IMG/VR virus record: IMGVR_UViG_3300043486_000004
Location: 1 to 58,220 of that record
Length of the DNA stretch: 58,220 bases
Direction: 5' to 3' (one strand)
Source of the DNA: a virus
Taxonomy: Duplodnaviria; Caudoviricetes
Below are positions 36,702 through 44,569 of this stretch, piece after piece. The notes beneath the pieces are model-generated. The model did not search any database and was not told where the DNA came from. It worked only from the letters and a program-made list of their open reading frames with translations. The position numbers were made by a program, and so were the translations under genes. Within the stretch, counting starts at the first letter, position 1; each line of letters opens with the position of its first letter.

Positions 36702-38914
36702 GCGCTCAGCCTCCACGGAATCAATAGGCCCTTCTTGTCGAACGTCGGCTTGGACTTCTTCGACCACACTTCAGTCAAGTGCGCCTCGTCACAACGGAAG
36801 TCGATATCTGGCAGGACCAACTTCATTGTTTCACAAATGATCTCGCTCACGCGCATGCACTGTGCATGCCACAGCTTCTTGTCCCGAGTCGTCTCGCCAA
36901 TGATTTGATCGTGGACGAAGGCGATCGGACGACACCCAAACAATACGCTGCCCAACGTGTGGTCGTAGCACTCGCGAACAACGCGAATGACCGATAGCTT
37001 CATGCCCTCGGCACCAGGGGATTGCATGGCCTTGCCGTTGGCGAGCGAGCAGAACGTAGCGCCGCGTCGCACCATCCCCAGCGGTGTGGTGTACTCGTAA
37101 AGCGTCTCTGAGCCCGAGTTGTACTCATCAACCTGAGCTTCGACCCACTTGAAGTAAGGCGGCATCTCGGGGTAGGTCTTGCGCCAGACCTCACGGCCTT
37201 CGTACGCCTCCTCCTCGGTCATTACCACGCCGTACGTGGTGCGCGCGAACTCGACCATTGTTGCCGGCCCAAGGCCGCCAGGGAACCCCAGGCCTGTTGG
37301 CTTGGCGAAGTCGCGCCAGTGCTTGTAGAAAGCAACAACCTCTTCGCTCTTGTGCTTCTTGCAATCGCTGAAGGCCTGGTAGAGGTCCATCGGATCGCTC
37401 AGGAGCCCCTCGGTGCGGCAGCCTTGAATGAATTCCTTGCCGATGCCGTCATTGCAAAACTGGTACACCAGGCTCGAGCCCAGGTAGGCGTGAAGGTCCA
37501 CCTTGGCGTTGTAGCGTGTCAAGTGAACAGACGTCCCAAACAAATCGTAGGTAGTCTGACCGACGCAGGCAAGCTCGAGGCCCGATCCGTCCACGTCAAA
37601 GAACACTGTACCAGGGCGAGGCATATAGGCTGCGCGCGGATCGATGCCCTCGATTTCCTTCGGCACGTTCTGGCCGTTGGTGCTCGGATACAAAGCCGTC
37701 TTGCCTTTGCGTGATCCGTAGCTGGACGTGCGGCCGGTTTCCACCAGCTCGTTGTAGTTGAAGTGGATCACGTCGCCGGACTCGAGCACGGGGATCTGAC
37801 CCGTGGATAGCTTGCTCAAGTGCTGGCGATTCGCGTACTCCGCGAACACAGAATCGTGCAGCGCCAGCATGTCGATGACTTCGCCGTCCAGCTTGATCTT
37901 GGGCTCGCGCACGCCGCCCGCAGTCATGTCGGGCAGTTTGCCCAGCTTCTTGAACACCTTGGCCGCATGCTCTTGCAGTGGCTTCTGATTGATCTTGGCG
38001 GGCTTCGGCTTGCAAAGATAGATCTTGTCGCGGGACAGCTTCTCAGCGAATTGTTCCCACTGAATCGCAAGGGGCTGCGATCGATCCTTGGCTTTGATGA
38101 GATCCAGAGCGCGCTTGAGCTGCGTCTTCTTCGGCACTGCCGGCCGGCTGGGCTGAAGGATGCCAGCCTTGGTGAGGCCCTTCTCATTTGCCTGAAGGAT
38201 CTTGTACACCCGCGTACGCATGTCACGTACAGCGGCTTTGTTTACCTTCATGCCCCAGGCAGTCATAAAGCGCAGGGCAACGCTGCTGTAGAGCTGGAAC
38301 TCCGCAGTAGCCACGCTCAGGTGTGGATCTTGGGCCAAGACCTCATCCTGAGCGAGGTAAACCAGCAGAGTATCAACGGCATCTTCCTTGGCGTACTCGG
38401 CCGCGTCCTCTGGATAGTCAACGGCCTTGATGCCGTCCAAAGTGTCGAAGTTGAGTCGCCAGCCGTCCTGTTCTGCCTTCTCTTCGGTGCGGTCCTTGCC
38501 CAGGTATTGTTTGCCGAAGTCCGCAAGTGAGTAACCAATGTGAACGTCACGGCCATCAGGCGTGCGGTAGTTCTCGAGGTTTCCCGTGCGCGACAGGTTG
38601 AGGAGCTTCTCACGCACGATCGTGTCGGTGCAAGCACCTGACTCGAGCGCATCAAACACCACGGGGATCAGATCAGGGTAGCTCGCCATGACCACCAGGT
38701 AGTCGTAGCCGCCAGCGTGCGTGATCTTCTTCAGAGACTCATCCTTGAGTGCTTTGTAGAGGCGCTCTTCGACACCATCGTCTGGGTGATTCCCAAACAA
38801 ATAGCTGTACGGGCTGCCGGCTTCGTCAAGGTGCGCGAAGGACGCGCATACCATCTTGGGTGCCAGGCACTTCGGCCCGATGCGAAATGTTTCTGTGTCG
38901 AATGCTAGTTCCAT
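36698..38914 (-). CDS. DNA polymerase family A with 3'-5' exonuclease
   Basis: AFDTET, YAKEDA, ETGRTSS, motif A DGSGLEL, motif B RDFAK, motif C VHDQ. Confidence 0.93.
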   Translation of the reverse strand: MELAFDTETFRIGPKCLAPKMVCASFAHLDEAGSPYSYLFGNHPDDGVEERLYKALKDESLKKITHAGGYDYLVVMASYPDLIPVVFDALESGACTDTIVREKLLNLSRTGNLENYRTPDGRDVHIGYSLADFGKQYLGKDRTEEKAEQDGWRLNFDTLDGIKAVDYPEDAAEYAKEDAVDTLLVYLAQDEVLAQDPHLSVATAEFQLYSSVALRFMTAWGMKVNKAAVRDMRTRVYKILQANEKGLTKAGILQPSRPAVPKKTQLKRALDLIKAKDRSQPLAIQWEQFAEKLSRDKIYLCKPKPAKINQKPLQEHAAKVFKKLGKLPDMTAGGVREPKIKLDGEVIDMLALHDSVFAEYANRQHLSKLSTGQIPVLESGDVIHFNYNELVETGRTSSYGSRKGKTALYPSTNGQNVPKEIEGIDPRAAYMPRPGTVFFDVDGSGLELACVGQTTYDLFGTSVHLTRYNAKVDLHAYLGSSLVYQFCNDGIGKEFIQGCRTEGLLSDPMDLYQAFSDCKKHKSEEVVAFYKHWRDFAKPTGLGFPGGLGPATMVEFARTTYGVVMTEEEAYEGREVWRKTYPEMPPYFKWVEAQVDEYNSGSETLYEYTTPLGMVRRGATFCSLANGKAMQSPGAEGMKLSVIRVVRECYDHTLGSVLFGCRPIAFVHDQIIGETTRDKKLWHAQCMRVSEIICETMKLVLPDIDFRCDEAHLTEVWSKKSKPTFDKKGLLIPWRLSA

Positions 38915-39001
38915 ATTGTTTGAAAGGCGGCCGACAGATGCTTTTTCAAGCGATACGGCCGACCGCCGATGCAGCTACTTAGCGTCGAAACGCCGGTCTG
39001 C

Positions 39002-39511
39002 CTACTTCAGGCCCTTGGGAAAGATCCTCTTGAAATCGGCCGGCTCCATGGACGACTTCACATCTTCGGCCGAAACCTGCGGGGACCAAGAGTAGGTCGT
39101 GTATAGGTACGGATTGCCTTCGTCATCGGTCGCGCTCTTCGAGGGGCGCTGGCGTGCCGTCACCACGGTGCAGAGGCCCAGCAGTGGGCTCTCTTCGGAG
39201 CAGGCTTCCTTGGTGTAGTCCTCGTCAATATCTTCGTCGCTGCACTCCATGATCGTGCCGATGAAACTCTTGACGTTTTGTTGGAAGATCTTCTTGCCCG
39301 GCTTGGTCTTGAAGAAGGTGTTGACGACCTCACCAACTTTGTGCTCGCCTTCATCGACCGCAAGGATGGTGAGCGTGTTCTTCCACATCTCGCCGTTCTT
39401 GTCCGTGTCGAAAAACGCGCACTCATCAATCCGCACCAGGTAGCGGCCGGGGAGGAGGGGATTGGAGTTGAAGCCACGCTTCGCGTCCTTCATGCCTGAG
39501 AAAGCGCCCAT
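39002..39511 (-). CDS. Putative single-stranded DNA-binding protein
   Basis: LLPGRYLVRI N-terminal motif; acidic; between helicase and polymerase. Confidence 0.6.
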   Translation of the reverse strand: MGAFSGMKDAKRGFNSNPLLPGRYLVRIDECAFFDTDKNGEMWKNTLTILAVDEGEHKVGEVVNTFFKTKPGKKIFQQNVKSFIGTIMECSDEDIDEDYTKEACSEESPLLGLCTVVTARQRPSKSATDDEGNPYLYTTYSWSPQVSAEDVKSSMEPADFKRIFPKGLK

Positions 39512-39569
39512 GAGTAGTGTCCTTGTGTTTTGTTGCTTGGATAGTGAATGCCGGTTGCCCAGCGAGGGA

Positions 39570-39598
39570 AGTGTATCAGATCGCAGTCAGACGAGCAA
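39570..39598 (-). promoter_or_regulatory. Sigma70-like promoter for the SSB/PolA genes
   Basis: TTGCTC-N17-TACACT. Confidence 0.55.
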
Positions 39599-39683
39599 AG
39601 TACCTAGCTATTGTTTTACTCGTCTTCCTTCGCCGTGATCGTTGCGAGTTTGATCCTGCCTTTCTGGCTGACAAGCGAGACAT
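39576..39683 (-). CDS. Possible 35-aa basic peptide
   Basis: MSRLSARKAGSNSQRSRRRKTSKTIARYFARLTAI*. Confidence 0.25.
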   Translation of the reverse strand: MSRLSARKAGSNSQRSRRRKTSKTIARYFARLTAI

Positions 39684-39773
39684 CTGGAGTACCGTACTCG
39701 CAGAAGGATGTAAACACATGAATTTTCATGGTAGGCGGGAGAGCCTCGAGCTTCGAAATAAGTTCTGATACTT

Positions 39774-41807
39774 TCATTGTTCCAGTGGCCCAAATTTTTC
39801 CTCGAGGGCCTGTCGAGCTTCCTTGTCCAGCATCGCCACATCCACAAAGCCCCGCTCACGCAAGAAGTCGTCGGGGTAGATCTTCGGCAGCGGGTTGTAC
39901 GAAGCATACAGCAGCTTGTACCGCGCGCCAGTTGTTTGCTGCATATAAAGCGTGTCGATCAGGCACGCGGCCATGTTCAAGCTGTCGAACAGAATCGTGT
40001 TCATCGTGTGAACAATCAACTCGTCCGCCTTCTGCCCGTTGCGGTGCATGCGGCCGATTGTCTGTTCCATCTTCAGGGCTTCCCTAGGAAATTGCAGAAA
40101 CAATTGATCCTGAAACGCTTGCAGGTTCTTGCCCTGGCCATGGCCCCCGATGGAGCACACCAAGATCTTGTCGCTGTTCTCGCCGCCTTCGCCGGCCGTG
40201 CCTACGATCTGATTTGTTCCCTTGCGGATGCTATCACTCGGACACCAGATCGCATCGATACCAGACTCGATCAGCTCGGCCGTCATCCAACGGCCCAGAT
40301 CGTCGTGGTGAAACCAAATGATCCCGCCGCTCTTGCGCTCTTGCGCCCACTGGATCGCGTGCCTGATCTTGTAGTCGCAGATCCGCACGGGCTCTGATAA
40401 GCGCTTGGGCATGTCGTCGAATTCTAGATCCTTCGCGGTGCGCCAGATTGCAAACAAATCCTCGCCGACGTTTGTTGCACCGTGGGCTGCCATGTCCGCG
40501 CCGACCAGGAAGGGGGTATCCAAGCGTGGCCTTGACCGTCTTTCTAGCCACTTGCGCAGCGCACGGTGATACTCCTGGAGCGCCTCGTGGTGATCCTGTG
40601 CGCCGTCCAAGTAGGCCTCGGCTTCAGCGACAGTCAGCTTGGCGCGTGCGATCAATTCTGCCGGCGTGGGCCAGCGTTGGTGGTAATAGAATCCAGCAGT
40701 CAACTCAAACAAATAGCGCCACTTGTGAAAACCGTAGTCGATCTCATCGCCAGAAGGAGTCAGCCACAGCTCTTCGACTTGCTTGATTAGCTCGGACAGT
40801 TTCTCGAAGCCCTCCGCATTCTTGTGGTCGGGCACGGGAAGATTCTCGATCACCAGGCTGACACCTAGTTGCGCGTCACCAGTGGAAACCACCCCGGGCG
40901 CAGAATTGAGCCGAAGCTTGTACGCCTTACGGAAACCTGGGACTCCTCCAGGAAGCTTTTGTTTAGGAAAGTGCTTCCTGGCCCATGCAACAATAGGACG
41001 GATTGGCCCGACTTGAGCATCGCTAGGATCTGCTTCCGCATCAAGGACGTACGACCAATTGACCGCGAGGGCAGGGTCCATCGGTAAGGGACAATTTTCT
41101 CTGAGGGCATAGGAGATCAGGTGGTGGTAGTCTTTGATCGACTTGGAAGTGATTGTTCCAGAGAGTGCCACGACGCGCGGCTGCGCCTGCATCAAGTAGC
41201 GCAGCAACCTTTTTGTTCGCGCAGCCGTGGGGTTTTTGACCGAGTGTGCTTCGTCAAGAATGCAGAGGTCTGGGCTGATCTTCGTCAAGACCTCTTCCGC
41301 GTCCTGAGTTGAGAGCTGAGAATACGTGGTGATATAGCATCCAGCTTTGCCACTGCGCGCAATCGCGAGTCGCTCTGCCTTGGGCCTGCCGCCCAGGAGG
41401 ATGAACGGCACCTTGATCGATACGCGTCGTCGCGCCCAGGGGATATCGGTGCGCGTGAGCTGCAAATAAACCTGGGGCGGGACCCACAGCATGGAGCGCT
41501 TGCTGGTTTTGTTTACAAAGGCCCGGTTCGCGATCATCAAGGCGATCAGGGTTTTACCCCAGCCAACACCGATGGGGGCGAAAAGTCCTTCGTACAAGTC
41601 CCAAGCGAGGACGGCCCCGACCTGTGTTGCGAACAGGCGGAAGCCGTCCTCGTAATGTCGAGCATCCACTTCCTCTTTGCAGAATGCCTCGATCTCTTCA
41701 GAGGTCGGATGCTCGACAATCGGCAGCTCGGTGATACGGTCGATCTCGAGCGAGGCTGCGGTGTCCCTACGGACCCCGCGAACCTTTGCGTACGGATCGA
41801 CCCGCAT
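39774..41807 (-). CDS. SF2 (SNF2-like) helicase
   Basis: GVGWGKT, ILDEAH, LSGT, GKNLQ, EQTIGRMHRNGQ. Confidence 0.9.
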   Translation of the reverse strand: MRVDPYAKVRGVRRDTAASLEIDRITELPIVEHPTSEEIEAFCKEEVDARHYEDGFRLFATQVGAVLAWDLYEGLFAPIGVGWGKTLIALMIANRAFVNKTSKRSMLWVPPQVYLQLTRTDIPWARRRVSIKVPFILLGGRPKAERLAIARSGKAGCYITTYSQLSTQDAEEVLTKISPDLCILDEAHSVKNPTAARTKRLLRYLMQAQPRVVALSGTITSKSIKDYHHLISYALRENCPLPMDPALAVNWSYVLDAEADPSDAQVGPIRPIVAWARKHFPKQKLPGGVPGFRKAYKLRLNSAPGVVSTGDAQLGVSLVIENLPVPDHKNAEGFEKLSELIKQVEELWLTPSGDEIDYGFHKWRYLFELTAGFYYHQRWPTPAELIARAKLTVAEAEAYLDGAQDHHEALQEYHRALRKWLERRSRPRLDTPFLVGADMAAHGATNVGEDLFAIWRTAKDLEFDDMPKRLSEPVRICDYKIRHAIQWAQERKSGGIIWFHHDDLGRWMTAELIESGIDAIWCPSDSIRKGTNQIVGTAGEGGENSDKILVCSIGGHGQGKNLQAFQDQLFLQFPREALKMEQTIGRMHRNGQKADELIVHTMNTILFDSLNMAACLIDTLYMQQTTGARYKLLYASYNPLPKIYPDDFLRERGFVDVAMLDKEARQALEEKFGPLEQ

Positions 41808-41810
41808 GAC

Positions 41811-42197
41811 TCAGGCGGCCTTTTTCTTTTTGCTGCGCGGCTTGGACTTGGCTTTCGTCGGGGCTTTGTTCGTCACCGGGGCTTTCTTCGCCGTTGGCTT
41901 CACAGCCCTCGGTTTCTTGGCCTTCGTCTTCGGCTTCGATTTTCCCTTCGGCGCAGGCTTGGCTTTGGCACGCTTGCCCGTGGGACCTTGCTTCTTCGCC
42001 AGCTTTTGTTCCTTGGGATCTTCAGACTGCCGGCCGCGTGAGCGCATCTTGATCTTCTGGCGATGCAGCTCGCGCAGGATCGTGACCGGGGCCAAGCCGT
42101 AAAGCTCAGCGACCTTGTAGACGGACATCTTTTTGTTCACGTACAAATCGTGAACGTCCGCCTGGTGTTTCTTGTCGAACTCGATTCTCTGCGACAT
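41811..42197 (-). CDS. HTH DNA-binding protein with histone H1-like Lys/Ala/Pro tail
   Basis: LYVNKKMSVYKVAELYGLAPVTILRELHRQKIKMR (HTH), then KAKPAPKGKSKPKTKAKKP...KKKKAA. Confidence 0.8.
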   Translation of the reverse strand: MSQRIEFDKKHQADVHDLYVNKKMSVYKVAELYGLAPVTILRELHRQKIKMRSRGRQSEDPKEQKLAKKQGPTGKRAKAKPAPKGKSKPKTKAKKPRAVKPTAKKAPVTNKAPTKAKSKPRSKKKKAA

Positions 42198-42205
42198 GTT
42201 TGCCT

Positions 42206-42610
42206 CTAGAACTTCTTGCCGTGTTTGTGCGGCCGGGTCAGGTTGTATTCGTACTTCAGCCTTACCGCTCGGCCGATGTCGATTTTGCGATGCGCCGCGA
42301 GGTCGAACACGCGGATCATAATGTCGGCCATTTCCTCTTCCTCGAGAGTCAGGCCAATCGGCTTGCCGCTGATTTGTTTGCCGCAATCGGCTGTGGGATC
42401 TTTGCGGAAAGCCTCGAGGAGTTCACTGGCTTCTGAATGGATCAGCGCCACCTTCTCGGCCAGGTTCGGCTTGGGGTCGTCCCAGAAGCCGTGCTCAGCA
42501 GAGCAGCGATGGCAGGCATCGCGCCATGCCGACAGCGCCGCAGCTTGAGATCGCATGTACTCCTCGTACTGCGACGCCAGAGGCTGCGACGGTGAAAGCA
42601 TCGGGTCCAT
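42206..42610 (-). CDS. MazG-like nucleotide pyrophosphohydrolase
   Basis: LIHSEASELLEAFRK, EEEMADIMIR, KYEYNLTRPHKHGK. Confidence 0.88.
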   Translation of the reverse strand: MDPMLSPSQPLASQYEEYMRSQAAALSAWRDACHRCSAEHGFWDDPKPNLAEKVALIHSEASELLEAFRKDPTADCGKQISGKPIGLTLEEEEMADIMIRVFDLAAHRKIDIGRAVRLKYEYNLTRPHKHGKKF

Positions 42611-44565
42611 TAGCCGAGACGCTCCACAACAAGCTCCGCGTGCGGCGCGAGCGCGTTGAACAAGGCGACCAGATCGAAGTCGTTCGTGCCACCAGGGAAC
42701 ACCACGATGGTGCGCCCAAGACCCTCGCAGATCGCCGGCCCAGCTTGCTTCAGGCGATCCTGGCGCTTCTTCTGATCCAGCTCCATGAAGTGCTCGGCAC
42801 CCATCTCGGCCGCGAGGTCCGCGCCGTAGCGCACCATCAGCTCTTGGGCCGTCACCATGGGGCGCGTCGGCCCGCGCAGCATCGCGGTGCCCATGAAGAT
42901 CCAGGGGCCGGCACGGGGCCGCCCGTTCGCCTTGGGGCCTGCGTCGGGCTCCTCGGCATAGTTCTTTGCCGGTCCCGCTGCGGCAGCGCCCCTGCGGGCT
43001 CCCACGCGGGCCTTGGGGGCGGGCTCATCCTCGGCCTCTTCTTCCTCGGCCTCTTCTTCGTCCTCGTCAGGGGCCGCGTCTGCGGCAGCTTCCATGCCTT
43101 CCCCGTCAGCGGACCAGAACAGGGGTGCCCCCAGCTCGGTCAGGGCATCCTCGAAGTCGTCCTTCGCCGTTGCCGTCATCGGCTCGGTTGTCAGCTCGAC
43201 CTCGTACATGCTTGACATTGCCGTCTTGTTTTGCTTGGCCTTGCCGTCGCAAATCGGGCAGGGGCGACCCTTGGAGTTGAAGCCCTTGCCTTTGCAGGCG
43301 TTGCACTTCGAGTTGGCCCACGGCGGGGGAACCTCGGATGACTCCTCGGCCTCGGCTTCTTCCTCTTCCGGCTCTTCGTCCTTGGGGTTGATGGCAGGCT
43401 TGGCCTTGCCCTTTGTTGCCGCAACGGCCGTTTTCGTGGTCGTTTTGGTGTCCTTGCGACCTGCGAAGATGTTCGTTCCCATAGTCTCTTTCTTTTTGTT
43501 TGCTCGCTTCTTAGGGCGAAGGGGTAGGTTCGGTCTTTGTTTTGCGGCCCGTTGCGCGTTCAATCGTTCGACTTTGTTTCTGTATACCTCAGGTGTAGCC
43601 CTGCGTCCACAGATTTCAAGGAAGGGGCATCCCCCGAACGCGCTACAAGCTTCCGCCGTAGCCGGCCTCGGTGTGTCCTGCCATTGTTTTATACCACGGA
43701 CACGCAACATGTCCAATGTTTTTTGTTTTAGCCAGCTCCCGTGCTCGGCGATGCGCTTGGCACCGATGAGGGATTCGACCTTGCGAACCCCCTTCGGGTC
43801 CTCGAACTTGGGGAATTGATTGTGTCTGACCTTGACCGGGCCAGTGTATTGCTCCAGTTGGGAGATGGCCCAGGCGTAGGTCAGGAGCTGTTGATTGTGC
43901 GCGACATCGTTCGGGCTGGTTCCGTCGCCGGAAACATAGTGCTTCTGGACTGGCACCAGGTTGCCGTTGGCGTCCGTCTGGCCAGGTTGCTTCAGGTAGC
44001 GCTTGGAAGACTCGCCAAAGCTCTTGTGGTCGTGGATCTCGGGGATGGGGCGCTCGCTCGAGCGGGGCAGATAGAAGTCCAGGAAGCCTGTGAGGATCAC
44101 CCCCTTGGTGAGGGGCAGATTGATCTCGTGCTCGACACCCACGTCAGGGTGCCGCTCGAGGATGCCCTTCTCGATCGCGTCCTGAAACAATCGACGGATC
44201 AGGCGGGCCTCGTTCGGCGTGACTGAAGCGGACTTTTTTCCCTCTGTGATTGTTTCCCAGCCCTCAGGAAAAATCTCTACCGGGTCGTTTGGACTCTGGC
44301 CGATGAAGGGGCCATCGGTGTAGATGTCTCCGTAATCAGGCTGGTGAACAATAGCCCAAGGCGTCTCTTTCCAAGGCACACGGCCGTTGTCCGTCGCGAG
44401 TAGCCAGCGCTCGATACAGGCGTGCAGCACTGTGCCGAACGTGAAGTAAGGCTTCTCCGCAGTCGGCAGCTTGAGGGTCTTCTCAAACCACCACTTGCGG
44501 TTGCACAGATCGAACGTCTCGAATTGAGACGCTGAGCTGTGTATCGGCTTCGCCTTGGCGATCAT
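42610..44565 (-). CDS. PD-(D/E)XK (RecB/Cas4-like) exonuclease with acidic linker and Zn-finger C-terminal domain
   Basis: SASQ..CNRKW, FGTVLH, GFLD, DHKS, QLLTY, CSAFGGCPFLEIC; later CNAC..CPIC. Confidence 0.85.
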   Translation of the reverse strand: MIAKAKPIHSSASQFETFDLCNRKWWFEKTLKLPTAEKPYFTFGTVLHACIERWLLATDNGRVPWKETPWAIVHQPDYGDIYTDGPFIGQSPNDPVEIFPEGWETITEGKKSASVTPNEARLIRRLFQDAIEKGILERHPDVGVEHEINLPLTKGVILTGFLDFYLPRSSERPIPEIHDHKSFGESSKRYLKQPGQTDANGNLVPVQKHYVSGDGTSPNDVAHNQQLLTYAWAISQLEQYTGPVKVRHNQFPKFEDPKGVRKVESLIGAKRIAEHGSWLKQKTLDMLRVRGIKQWQDTPRPATAEACSAFGGCPFLEICGRRATPEVYRNKVERLNAQRAAKQRPNLPLRPKKRANKKKETMGTNIFAGRKDTKTTTKTAVAATKGKAKPAINPKDEEPEEEEAEAEESSEVPPPWANSKCNACKGKGFNSKGRPCPICDGKAKQNKTAMSSMYEVELTTEPMTATAKDDFEDALTELGAPLFWSADGEGMEAAADAAPDEDEEEAEEEEAEDEPAPKARVGARRGAAAAGPAKNYAEEPDAGPKANGRPRAGPWIFMGTAMLRGPTRPMVTAQELMVRYGADLAAEMGAEHFMELDQKKRQDRLKQAGPAICEGLGRTIVVFPGGTNDFDLVALFNALAPHAELVVERLG

Positions 44566-44569
44566 TGTT

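Noticed and set aside
36698-42610. Z-base (2-aminoadenine) genome suggested by the odd PolA and MazG
   Set aside because: No PurZ- or DatZ-like gene was recognised.
42610-44565. Cas4 as part of a CRISPR system
   Set aside because: No other cas genes or array; this nuclease type is standard in phage replication/recombination modules.
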